Source: an uncultured virus (IMG/VR IMGVR_UViG_3300008954_002234) (Duplodnaviria; Heunggongvirae; Uroviricota; Caudoviricetes). Taken from it: DNA of 64,000 bases. Location: IMG/VR virus record IMGVR_UViG_3300008954_002234. One strand, given 5' to 3'. Position numbers and translations under genes: made by a program. Below are positions 9,346 through 17,076 of this stretch, one piece after another; position 1 is the first letter of the stretch; the number at the start of each line of letters is the position of its first letter. The notes below the pieces were generated by a model. The model worked only from the letters and a program-made list of their open reading frames with translations, ran no database searches and was not told the DNA's origin.

Positions 9346-10007
9346 TGTAGTATATTTAGCTCTATTCCTTTCTTTGTAAGCCAATCTTTTATACTTGGAA
9401 TCGCTTGGGCATTAATTGTTATGTCCCAAGGTATCTCGCAGCCTTTATTATCCATTAGTGCCTTATCTTTTTCGTTATAGAAATGACTACCGTGAGCATC
9501 TAAATCCCATCCGATTGTTGTTATAGACTTCACCCCGACATGAATAGCTGTATAGAAGACAGTCTCCAGCATAATTCCCGGGCCTGTGCGTCTTTCTGTA
9601 CGGGTTTTGCTTATTAGATAATCGTCGTAATTTCTTTTTACTGCCAAGGTATTCTCTTTGCCTCCTATTTGCTCTACCAAAGGTATTCTAAAAAATACAT
9701 CACGATCCTGTTCTGGGTTCCATCTTTGTCCTTCTTCGTAATTACTGCTTGCAACAACAACTTCTGGCCTATGATCTGCATACCTATACGGTATGTTCAT
9801 GTAGTCAATAGGAAGATTAGAGCAATTCCAAAAATGAAAGTTTGTTTCATCTTTGAATTGGTCGTAAGCCTGTTTTACAGAAAAGACTAAATTACTATTC
9901 AGCTTAGCTCTGGTTTCTTTGTCTTTGTATTTATTTAGAGACGGTCCGCAGGCAAGAATGTAGCAGTCTTGTCCTTTCCTGCTGTCTTGTAATTCCTCTA
10001 AATTCAC
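9342..10007 (-). CDS. Second Maf/DUF115 (MptE-like) putative glycosyltransferase
   Basis: CYILACGPSL...FSVKQ...GVKSITTIGWDL...SHFY. Confidence 0.65.
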   Translation of the reverse strand: MNLEELQDSRKGQDCYILACGPSLNKYKDKETRAKLNSNLVFSVKQAYDQFKDETNFHFWNCSNLPIDYMNIPYRYADHRPEVVVASSNYEEGQRWNPEQDRDVFFRIPLVEQIGGKENTLAVKRNYDDYLISKTRTERRTGPGIMLETVFYTAIHVGVKSITTIGWDLDAHGSHFYNEKDKALMDNKGCEIPWDITINAQAIPSIKDWLTKKGIELNILQ

Positions 10008-10927
10008 TCTGTAATAAAAAGGTAGTCAAGTAAGGGTATGTATTGCGGGTTTTGAGAGTGTAGTTTAGCACAGGTCTCTGGCTTAACGTCCAATTGAGTA
10101 AGAGTAGACCAGTCTTCCTGAGAAGCTACGAAATTAAGAGTAAGCATGCTTCTGTCTTTAGTGATGACTTTTTGCCCTTTGTGGAAACCCGTAGTTATGG
10201 CCGAGAGGACATCTCCTTTTTTGGCAAACAAGGGCTTTACCCTGTCTTTTCCGTACATTCTTTCAATTTCTTCGTCTGGAACTCTATGTTGCTCTCTCCA
10301 ATTAGATGGCTTCTCGTATGCGCTTCCCTCAACATACGTAAAAGGGCCATGCCCGGGTTCCTCTACATCGTCTAAGTAAAGAAAGAACTTCAACAAGAAG
10401 GGAGCGTTATTGTCGCAATGATAAATCGTAGTTTGGGCATCCTCTAGTTTGTTGGCGAAGCTCTTCCTCAGGTTAAATGTCCCGACTGCTGGCAAGCATT
10501 TAAAGTAACACGTTGCTATTTTCACTAGCCTCTCATCAAAAAGGATGTCTCCAATTTCTGGTATATTGTAGAGCGGGTTTGCCACGCTCATAAAAAGCTC
10601 TTTTTCTCTGGCCTCTGATTGAGTTAGCGTACAGTCTTTTCCTAGTAGGCCATACTTTAAGGAAGGCCCTCCTTGGTCCAAAAAGAAATCCAGCCTCTCT
10701 TGAATCTTGTTTATTACATCTATCTTGTCATTGAATAAGCCTTCTAGCTTGGCCCATCCCCTTGGATAAAGCTCGTTATGGACAATATTCTCCTCGGTCT
10801 CTCCCCAAGACTCATTAGAGATTGGGTACCTAGCTGATCTTGTTTTTATTGACTTAACAACTCTATCGCAGTCGGGTTGTCCGCCTTTCATGCAATAGGC
10901 CGGAGGGAGTTTGATATCAAAATTCAT
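10004..10927 (-). CDS. 2OG-Fe(II) dioxygenase (PhyH-like)
   Basis: YHCD...KFFLYLDDV...GPFTYVEGS...GFHKG...R. Confidence 0.85.
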   Translation of the reverse strand: MNFDIKLPPAYCMKGGQPDCDRVVKSIKTRSARYPISNESWGETEENIVHNELYPRGWAKLEGLFNDKIDVINKIQERLDFFLDQGGPSLKYGLLGKDCTLTQSEAREKELFMSVANPLYNIPEIGDILFDERLVKIATCYFKCLPAVGTFNLRKSFANKLEDAQTTIYHCDNNAPFLLKFFLYLDDVEEPGHGPFTYVEGSAYEKPSNWREQHRVPDEEIERMYGKDRVKPLFAKKGDVLSAITTGFHKGQKVITKDRSMLTLNFVASQEDWSTLTQLDVKPETCAKLHSQNPQYIPLLDYLFITE

Positions 10928-10935
10928 CTTCCTTT

Positions 10936-10964
10936 ATTATAATAAGAACATGGATTAAAGTCAA
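10936..10964 (-). promoter_or_regulatory. Sigma70 promoter heading the glycan operon
   Basis: TTGACT-17 nt-TATAAT, ending 8 nt before ATG 10927. Confidence 0.85.
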
Positions 10965-10982
10965 GTAAAAGATTGCACTATT

Positions 10983-11768
10983 TTACAACATATGAAGTTT
11001 TTGCTTGGCTTGCGCAATCATCCATCTGTCCTTCTTGTCTAAGTGAGAACGTAGCTGATCGTCAATCTGCCTAAGCATCTCTGGCTTCTCTCCCATATGT
11101 TGATCTCTAACCTTCTGTATTCCTTGCACTACTTTTAAGAGGGTTCCAGTAGCTCCGCTTGCTGGCATAGCAAATGGAGCAACCATAGTCACTATCTTAA
11201 AGCCAATAGCAAAAACTACTAAAAATATAACAATACCAACAATCCAATATACTTTGCCCATTAGGCTTGAATACTTAGTTGCTTGCAATGCGTTTTCTTG
11301 ATTTATTGCTTTTAGTTTAGTTTGGGCGTCTTGTAATTGGCCAGAGAGAATCCTGTTTTGATTTTGTATGGCGATTAGCTCTTTATCCATAGTAGCTAGT
11401 AAGTCTTGACCTTTCTTAACCTCTGATGGGTCGGTAGAAAGTAATCCTGTCACCATTTGGTCAGACTTCATTGCGTTCTCCATTTGTGGAGGGCCAAGGG
11501 CTGTAACGCCTCTTGTTGTCATTTGTTTGGCTACTTGAGATTGCAGAGATGGATCTGGATCTCTCTGCAGGGCTTGATCTGCGGCGTACACAAAAGTCCT
11601 TCCGCTTTCTACTTGTTTGGTGTCATTGTTAGCTTTCTCCTGCTGTATGTTCTCTACAACTTTCTCTTGCTGATTAAACTTGCCTAAGGGTGTGGCGCAT
11701 CCGCCTAGGACAACCAAGAAAAGGGCCATTATATAAAAAACATCTTTAAAGTAGTTACTTTTTTCCAT
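10983..11768 (-). CDS. Lipoprotein with coiled coil and C-proximal TM helix (possible unimolecular spanin)
   Basis: Signal peptide with lipobox LGG/C24; Q/E/K-rich heptads; hydrophobic VYWIVGIVIFLVVFAIGF segment. Confidence 0.6.
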   Translation of the reverse strand: MEKSNYFKDVFYIMALFLVVLGGCATPLGKFNQQEKVVENIQQEKANNDTKQVESGRTFVYAADQALQRDPDPSLQSQVAKQMTTRGVTALGPPQMENAMKSDQMVTGLLSTDPSEVKKGQDLLATMDKELIAIQNQNRILSGQLQDAQTKLKAINQENALQATKYSSLMGKVYWIVGIVIFLVVFAIGFKIVTMVAPFAMPASGATGTLLKVVQGIQKVRDQHMGEKPEMLRQIDDQLRSHLDKKDRWMIAQAKQKLHML

Positions 11769-12316
11769 TATAAATATTTCTCCTTTATTGTTGTAAGAAC
11801 TTTAATTGATTTGTTCAAATCAAGATCTACCTTGCATAAACCTAAGCCCTTCTTTATAAAATCAACATACTTAGCCCTTGCGTCAGGGTAAGAGTCTAGT
11901 TCTGCATCAGAGTCGCAGAATTTTCTAATTGCGTCTTCAAAAAAGACTATTAAAATCAAACATAGCTGAGCTCCGTGGCATGAGACTTTTTTAGTGTCAA
12001 ACTCTATATTTTTTATATTTTTTAAACAAAAAAAGTATTTATAAAAAGCTTCTGCTAGAAACTCGCATTGTTTAGTATCCAGCCCCATTTTAAGTCCCTC
12101 TCTAAAAACCATTAAAAGGCATGATAATTTGGGATGTAGGTCTAAAAGCTTCTTCTTGTTAAGTCTTTTCTTGCTGGCTTGCTCAATTACTAAAATAATA
12201 TCACTTTTTTCATCAGTTATCTTTTCCACTACTTGTTCTTCTGTTTTTAGTAAGTGAGAAATATAGCTAATGGCCAAGTCATCAATAATATTATCTTTTG
12301 TTCGAGTTTTAGCCAA
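11768..12316 (-). CDS. Hypothetical protein
   Basis: 182-aa ORF abutting both neighbours (TTG start, TAATG overlap at its end). Confidence 0.7.
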   Translation of the reverse strand: MAKTRTKDNIIDDLAISYISHLLKTEEQVVEKITDEKSDIILVIEQASKKRLNKKKLLDLHPKLSCLLMVFREGLKMGLDTKQCEFLAEAFYKYFFCLKNIKNIEFDTKKVSCHGAQLCLILIVFFEDAIRKFCDSDAELDSYPDARAKYVDFIKKGLGLCKVDLDLNKSIKVLTTIKEKYL

Positions 12317-12658
12317 TCACATTTTATCCTTATATTTTATACCTCTTCTTTTTTTAGAGTAACTCTTTTCGGCTTTTTTCCTTATGGGATCTTCGCCTCC
12401 TGAGGCTGCTTTTCTTTTATCGCTAAGCTCTGATGAATAGTCCCAGATATCGCCCATTGTTCCTTTCATATTTTTAGTTTTTTCTGTAAACTGCTGAGCA
12501 GAAAATGGATCAATATCGCCATCCACAGAAGCATTAGGCACCGTAAATACCCTATTAAACTCCTTACCTTCTTCGGAATATACATGTTCTTCATCTATTT
12601 TTTGAGCGACAGATATGATTTCTCCGGTGTCTGGATTTTCGTATAGATACTCAGGCAT
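12317..12658 (-). CDS. FmdB-like small protein (Cys-less ribbon)
   Basis: MPEYLYENPDTGE...RVF N-terminus resembles the FmdB-type MPxYxYxCxxCG pattern but without cysteines. Confidence 0.55.
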   Translation of the reverse strand: MPEYLYENPDTGEIISVAQKIDEEHVYSEEGKEFNRVFTVPNASVDGDIDPFSAQQFTEKTKNMKGTMGDIWDYSSELSDKRKAASGGEDPIRKKAEKSYSKKRRGIKYKDKM

Positions 12659-13733
12659 TATTTAAAAATTTTAATATCTTCTCTGTTGTATTTTTATAAG
12701 TAAATTTGCTCTGTAATTCTAATCCTTTTTCATTTATGGGATTTGATTCAACTCTTTTAATAGCTTTTTCGCAAGCGTCAATGAACTGATCTTCATTAAA
12801 ATCAAATATACTCCCTTGGTTATATTCTCCATTTTCTTTAAAGAAGATGCCATCTATTGAGCTAATCTTTCCGGAGGGTTCTACTAATACAGAATTTTCT
12901 TCCGTAGCCCACTCTTTATAGCCAGTGCAATTTGATATGACTGAATGCTTTCCGATCGCAACAGAATGAAACTCAGGCAAACCCCACCCCTCTCCTCCTG
13001 ACATTCCTATAATAACATTAGCCGAATTTAGATAATCGTTATATTGAATGTTTTTATCCATGAAGTTTAGGAACTGAACATTAAAATATCTCTTACCTTC
13101 TAAGATTCTAGAGATTAACTCGGGCATTTGCTTTGAGATAAAAGTATTATGTATGGCACATTGCAGATGATACTTTGAGTCATTGCCAAACCTTTTAGCC
13201 CAAGACTGGATTACCTTCTTGTGTCTCTTTCTTTTCTCTAGCTTGCCACATAGGTTGAAGACTATTCTTCCGTCATCATAATATTTTTTATCTAACTTTT
13301 TAAAATGGTATTTGTCAAAGCCCAAAGGTATAAAGTCGGAATCTATTCCGTAGTTAGAAAAAGTATCAATAGCATGCTTGCTAGTAAAAAGCAGCTTGTC
13401 TGCGTTAGATGCTATATTTACTTCGGCTGGAGTAGGCGAGTCAAGTTCGTAGAAAGATAAAAGTGTCTGATTTTTCCCGACAGAATTCAAACCGGAAGAA
13501 TTTAAGTGCCATAATTGGAAAGTAGGAAAGTCTCTTTTGTGTTTCCTTGGCCCCTTAGCTATGCAGGACTTTAGCCATTTTACAAAATCCTCATCTATAT
13601 TATAGGAAGATAAATCCTCATTAATGGGGAAAATGTTCGGCTCAAGCCCCATTGCATACAGTTCTTTTAGTATGCAATGGGAGACTTGACCGAAGCTTAA
13701 CTTATTTATTGGGACTTGAAGAGAAAAACCCAT
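12651..13733 (-). CDS. GT-B glycosyltransferase (GT4-like)
   Basis: IPLGFD, GKLEKRK, GEGWGLPEFHSVAIGK (variant E-x7-E motif). Confidence 0.85.
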   Translation of the reverse strand: MGFSLQVPINKLSFGQVSHCILKELYAMGLEPNIFPINEDLSSYNIDEDFVKWLKSCIAKGPRKHKRDFPTFQLWHLNSSGLNSVGKNQTLLSFYELDSPTPAEVNIASNADKLLFTSKHAIDTFSNYGIDSDFIPLGFDKYHFKKLDKKYYDDGRIVFNLCGKLEKRKRHKKVIQSWAKRFGNDSKYHLQCAIHNTFISKQMPELISRILEGKRYFNVQFLNFMDKNIQYNDYLNSANVIIGMSGGEGWGLPEFHSVAIGKHSVISNCTGYKEWATEENSVLVEPSGKISSIDGIFFKENGEYNQGSIFDFNEDQFIDACEKAIKRVESNPINEKGLELQSKFTYKNTTEKILKFLNNA

Positions 13734-14026
13734 CAAAGGAGAGCGTCTTCTTCCGAGGGTGTCTCTTTGGCTGTTTCTGCCGTCGGGGCAGAGCCCGGCT
13801 GCTGCTCAGCAGGCCGAGACAAATAGATCCTAAAATCCGGAGCGTTTTCAGACTTTTTGTCTTTGTTAAAGAAAGCTACTACGGGGATCTTCCTTTCCTC
13901 GCCGAACTCTGTTTCAATCTTAAAATGACCAGAGAAAAACTTTTTGCCGCTGCTCTGAGATGTTTTTGTCCAGAGTGCGCCAACCTCTCTCTTGTCCCAA
14001 TCGTTGTTAGTATTACTATCTGACAT
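13733..14026 (-). CDS. DUF736-like protein (possible ssDNA-binding)
   Basis: VGALWTK...FFSG...KKSENAPDFRI motif with an acidic tail. Start moved to ATG 14026 because ATG 14035 lies upstream of the predicted TSS. Confidence 0.7.
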   Translation of the reverse strand: MSDSNTNNDWDKREVGALWTKTSQSSGKKFFSGHFKIETEFGEERKIPVVAFFNKDKKSENAPDFRIYLSRPAEQQPGSAPTAETAKETPSEEDALL

Positions 14027-14036
14027 AACTTCCATT

Positions 14037-14065
14037 AGTTTAAACCTAACTTACTTCGTTGTCAA
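14037..14065 (-). promoter_or_regulatory. Sigma70 promoter overlapping the 3' end of the HNH gene
   Basis: TTGACA-17 nt-TAAACT. Confidence 0.75.
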
Positions 14066-15236
14066 GCATTTTATTTCCTTTTGACATATTTTCTTGCGAC
14101 CAAAGTGGTTGCAGGTTAGTATAGTGATTAGGGCGATCGCCTTTAAACTTAGATATGGGGACTTTGTGGTCTATATGCCAAGAACCTGCGTGGTCTCCAT
14201 TTTCTCCTGCACCGTAGTTACACCAAGACATTCCGGGTTTAAACAAGGACTCTAAATGTTTTACAAGTTCTATTCTGGTGCATCCTATTCCTTGATTGAA
14301 ATTATTATCATGTGTTTTCATGAATGAGCTTAATCTCCTTCTTACGTTCCTTGCTGCCCTGTTCGCTGGACTCTTGCTATACTCTCTTCTTTTTTCTGGA
14401 TTGTTTAATTTCCACAGTTTGACTTTTTGTAAAAAATCATCCTTTTCCTCCTGAGTGTATCCCGCGTACTTAGCGGCGTGTCTTTTAGATTCGCAGTCTA
14501 AGCAATCAAAAGTGAGTATAGATCTGTCTTTTCCTGTATACCTAAACTCTTTAAAAGATTTTACCTCTCCGCATTTTCTGCATGGAGTCTTTTCGGAAAA
14601 ACTGTTAACAAAAAACTTAACCTTAAGAGAGCTTTCCTCTAACCACGGGTTCGCCTCATCATTCAAAAACAAAACCCAACCATTCTCTTTTAGGTTTAAT
14701 AATTTCTCAAAAGGTACTTCATGAGTGCCGCTGGTTTTGAATTTTCCTTGCGAAGCGTACTTAATAGTTTTCTCTAAGTCTTCTCTTGATATGACCTGAA
14801 CATAGTGCGAACCTGAAAGAGATGTTGGTGCTTGCAGAAAGTCAGAGATCATTCCGTCCTTAATTCTTATTCTCAAGAAGTCTCTGGCGCTCTTAAGGTT
14901 GCCTTTGTCGCTTTTACCACTTAGGCTTAATATCTTTCTGTCTCTAAGAATCCGAACTGCTTCACTAAGTTCAACTACGGATTGCTGAGGTACCCCTAGT
15001 ACATCCCTGTACCAATTAGCTTGCTTACGCTCGATATACAAGGACTTATTTTTTATCTCATAAGAAATATTATTACCCGCACTGTGAATAATCCGTATAT
15101 CGTTTACATTTAGGCAATCCTTGCATACTTCATCAACAGTAGAAGAATAGTAGAGCTTTACTCCTTCTATCCCTACGGTGATATTATAAAATTCACTTTC
15201 GGGCCGTTCTCGCAGACAAACGTTACATTCAATCAT
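14046..15236 (-). CDS. HNH endonuclease with two N-terminal Zn-finger modules (homing-endonuclease-like)
   Basis: CNVC..CKDC and CRKC..CLDC; C-terminal IGC...HLE..F..GMSW.NYG...WHIDHKVP...HYTNLQPLW..EN.SKGNK. Confidence 0.9.
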   Translation of the reverse strand: MIECNVCLRERPESEFYNITVGIEGVKLYYSSTVDEVCKDCLNVNDIRIIHSAGNNISYEIKNKSLYIERKQANWYRDVLGVPQQSVVELSEAVRILRDRKILSLSGKSDKGNLKSARDFLRIRIKDGMISDFLQAPTSLSGSHYVQVISREDLEKTIKYASQGKFKTSGTHEVPFEKLLNLKENGWVLFLNDEANPWLEESSLKVKFFVNSFSEKTPCRKCGEVKSFKEFRYTGKDRSILTFDCLDCESKRHAAKYAGYTQEEKDDFLQKVKLWKLNNPEKRREYSKSPANRAARNVRRRLSSFMKTHDNNFNQGIGCTRIELVKHLESLFKPGMSWCNYGAGENGDHAGSWHIDHKVPISKFKGDRPNHYTNLQPLWSQENMSKGNKMLDNEVS

Positions 15237-15796
15237 TTTTTATCTTTTATTTTTCTTTTTAGAACTTCGGCTCCTTTTCTATGTAAGTTTATTGCAGTTT
15301 GGGAGCTGAATCCTAGGGCTTTTCCTATATTAGCCCAAGTCATTTTATCTCCAGAGTAATATCTAAGCTTGTAAACATTCGATACTCTTTTGTCTTTTAG
15401 TTTTCCCAGCTCACTAAATATAAAACCTTTCATTTCTATATTTGAGTATGGATTCATTCTACTGTCTTCCGCCTTGTTGTTTTTAAGCCTTTCGCAAAGA
15501 AGCGACATTTTAGTTTTTTTATTTATTAAGTGTAGGCACCTATACTTAACATTATTACTTAGCCAAGTGCAGAAGCTGTACTTCTTAGTTAAGTCAAAAC
15601 TCTTCGCTGACTCGTAAATTATTAATGCTTTATCAGATAAGATATCACAGGGGTCAGCCCCTTTGCTAGATATTAAAGCACAGTATTTTGAGTACATAGA
15701 TAAAAAAACAGGGGAATACCTGTCTATTAACTTAATAAGAGAATCATTACAGTCCTTACTCTTTATTTTTTTTATTTCATTATAAAAGTTATTCAT
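15233..15796 (-). CDS. Phage RNA polymerase sigma factor (regions 2 and 4)
   Basis: Region 2-like LIDRY...YESAKSFD..K..FCTWL; region 4 HTH VYKLRY...TWANIGKALGFSSQTAINLHRKG. Confidence 0.85.
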   Translation of the reverse strand: MNNFYNEIKKIKSKDCNDSLIKLIDRYSPVFLSMYSKYCALISSKGADPCDILSDKALIIYESAKSFDLTKKYSFCTWLSNNVKYRCLHLINKKTKMSLLCERLKNNKAEDSRMNPYSNIEMKGFIFSELGKLKDKRVSNVYKLRYYSGDKMTWANIGKALGFSSQTAINLHRKGAEVLKRKIKDKK

Positions 15797-15820
15797 AATT
15801 TAAAAATATGCTAGATTGGG

Positions 15821-16197
15821 CACTCCGCTGCGCGAAGTGTAAAGTATTTTTTTTTGAGGTGATTATTGGTGGAATTATAAACTCTGGACACAGTCCACCC
15901 AACTAAGAAATTAAACAAACAATTACAAAAGAACGCTTTCGCTTCCATATTAGTTCCAATCGCAGGGACTCTCTCCTTTTCAGCCGTGTCTCTCAACAGC
16001 CTAGCTAATGACTCCTGTAACCTATTAAAAAGCGCGAATAATAAAAGGCAGAACTTTTTTAGATGGTTTCACTTCTCTCATACGCCGCCTGCACCCGCGT
16101 GTAGCGTACCTTCCAAGGTTCGAGAAGCCCCTTCGGGGTTGTTGGTCTCTTAAGAGTTACCAGACTCGCTTTCGCTGCAACCTTTTAATCGCACTTT
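15821..16197 (-). ncRNA. Putative ~380-nt multi-domain structured RNA (ncRNA or long leader)
   Basis: GC-richer non-coding tract. 5' stem 16181-16197 pairs with 16029-16048; second stem 16012-16020 pairs with 15923-15931; several hairpins. Wobbles are G-U on the minus strand, and the element starts at the predicted TSS. Confidence 0.7.
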
Positions 16198-16201
16198 CTT
16201 T

Positions 16202-16230
16202 ATTATAGATTTAGCTTGACTTTTTGTCAA
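16202..16230 (-). promoter_or_regulatory. Perfect-consensus sigma70 promoter (leftward)
   Basis: TTGACA (16230-16225)-17 nt-TATAAT (16207-16202); TSS about 16195. Confidence 0.9.
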
Positions 16231-16244
16231 GTTTTTTTTATAAT
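16216..16244 (+). promoter_or_regulatory. Sigma70 promoter (rightward), leaderless
   Basis: TTGACT-17 nt-TATAAT; predicted +1 coincides with the A of ATG 16251. Confidence 0.9.
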
Positions 16245-16250
16245 TAAGAA

Positions 16251-16703
16251 ATGGACAGACTGAGCTGGAAGCAGTATGGAATAGAATTATCTAAGACAGC
16301 AGCCCTTAGGAGCGAAGATCCTTTTGTGCAAGTGGGATGCTGCATTCTGAGGCCAGACAATAGCATAGCATCTTTAGGGTACAACGGAGCCCCTCCGGGA
16401 ATAAACATTGACTGGTCTAATAGAGACGACAGAAGAAAGAGGGTTGTTCACGCGGAGACAAATGCGCTAAGATTTATCAAACCCGGAGAAGCAGACAGGA
16501 TGTTCGTTACCCTCATGCCCTGCGCTGACTGTGTAAAAAATGCAGCCTCATATGGTATTAAGAACGTATTTTACATTAAAGCTTATGATTTCGATGCTTC
16601 AGCAATAGAGATAGCCCAAGAGTTTAAAATAACATTAGAACAAGTAAACAATGATCTCCGTATATATCAAAAAATTAGAAGAGTCGGCAACGATACCGAC
16701 TAG
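16251..16703 (+). CDS. dCMP deaminase
   Basis: RSEDP..QVG...GYNG...VVHAETNAL...PCADC. Confidence 0.93.
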   Translation: MDRLSWKQYGIELSKTAALRSEDPFVQVGCCILRPDNSIASLGYNGAPPGINIDWSNRDDRRKRVVHAETNALRFIKPGEADRMFVTLMPCADCVKNAASYGIKNVFYIKAYDFDASAIEIAQEFKITLEQVNNDLRIYQKIRRVGNDTD

Positions 16704-17076
16704 AGCCACAGACATGGACGCCGGATATGACTTGTATTCGATCAAAGATGGAATAGTGCCAGCGGGAAGCAGGAAGGTAGTCAACACGGGAATAGCTATA
16801 GCCATCCCGCCACCTTACTATGGAAGAATCGCTCCAAGATCCGGCCTTGCGGTAAAAAGAGGCATTGATGTACTAGCAGGAGTTATAGACGCAGGCTACA
16901 GGGGAGAAGTAGGAGTTGTCTTGCAGAACCTTTCTGACGAAGACTTTCCTTATAAAAAAGGAGACAGGGTAGGCCAATTAATACTCGAGCAGTGTAATAC
17001 TATAGAGTGGGTCGAACTAGACGAACTAGAAGACTCACAAAGGTCAGATGGAGGCTTTGGCAGCACAGGCACTTAA
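16651..17076 (+). CDS. dut: Trimeric dUTPase
   Basis: AGYDL, RSGLA, GVIDAGYRGE, GQL, RSDGGFGSTG: all five motifs. Confidence 0.97.
   Translation: MISVYIKKLEESATIPTRATDMDAGYDLYSIKDGIVPAGSRKVVNTGIAIAIPPPYYGRIAPRSGLAVKRGIDVLAGVIDAGYRGEVGVVLQNLSDEDFPYKKGDRVGQLILEQCNTIEWVELDELEDSQRSDGGFGSTGT

Noticed and set aside
15960..15985. AAGGAGAGAGUCCC resembling the RNase P GAGGAAAGUCC signature
   Set aside because: Spacing differs and the 3' P4 partner motif is absent; there are also no tmRNA or tRNA ends.
15811..15996. 61-aa minus-strand ORF in the track
   Set aside because: TTG start, runs through base-paired stems and an A9 tract, no coupling to neighbours; better explained as part of the structured element.
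16651..16703. 53-bp overlap between dCMP deaminase and dUTPase
   Set aside because: Both domains are complete; probably simple C-terminal run-on.
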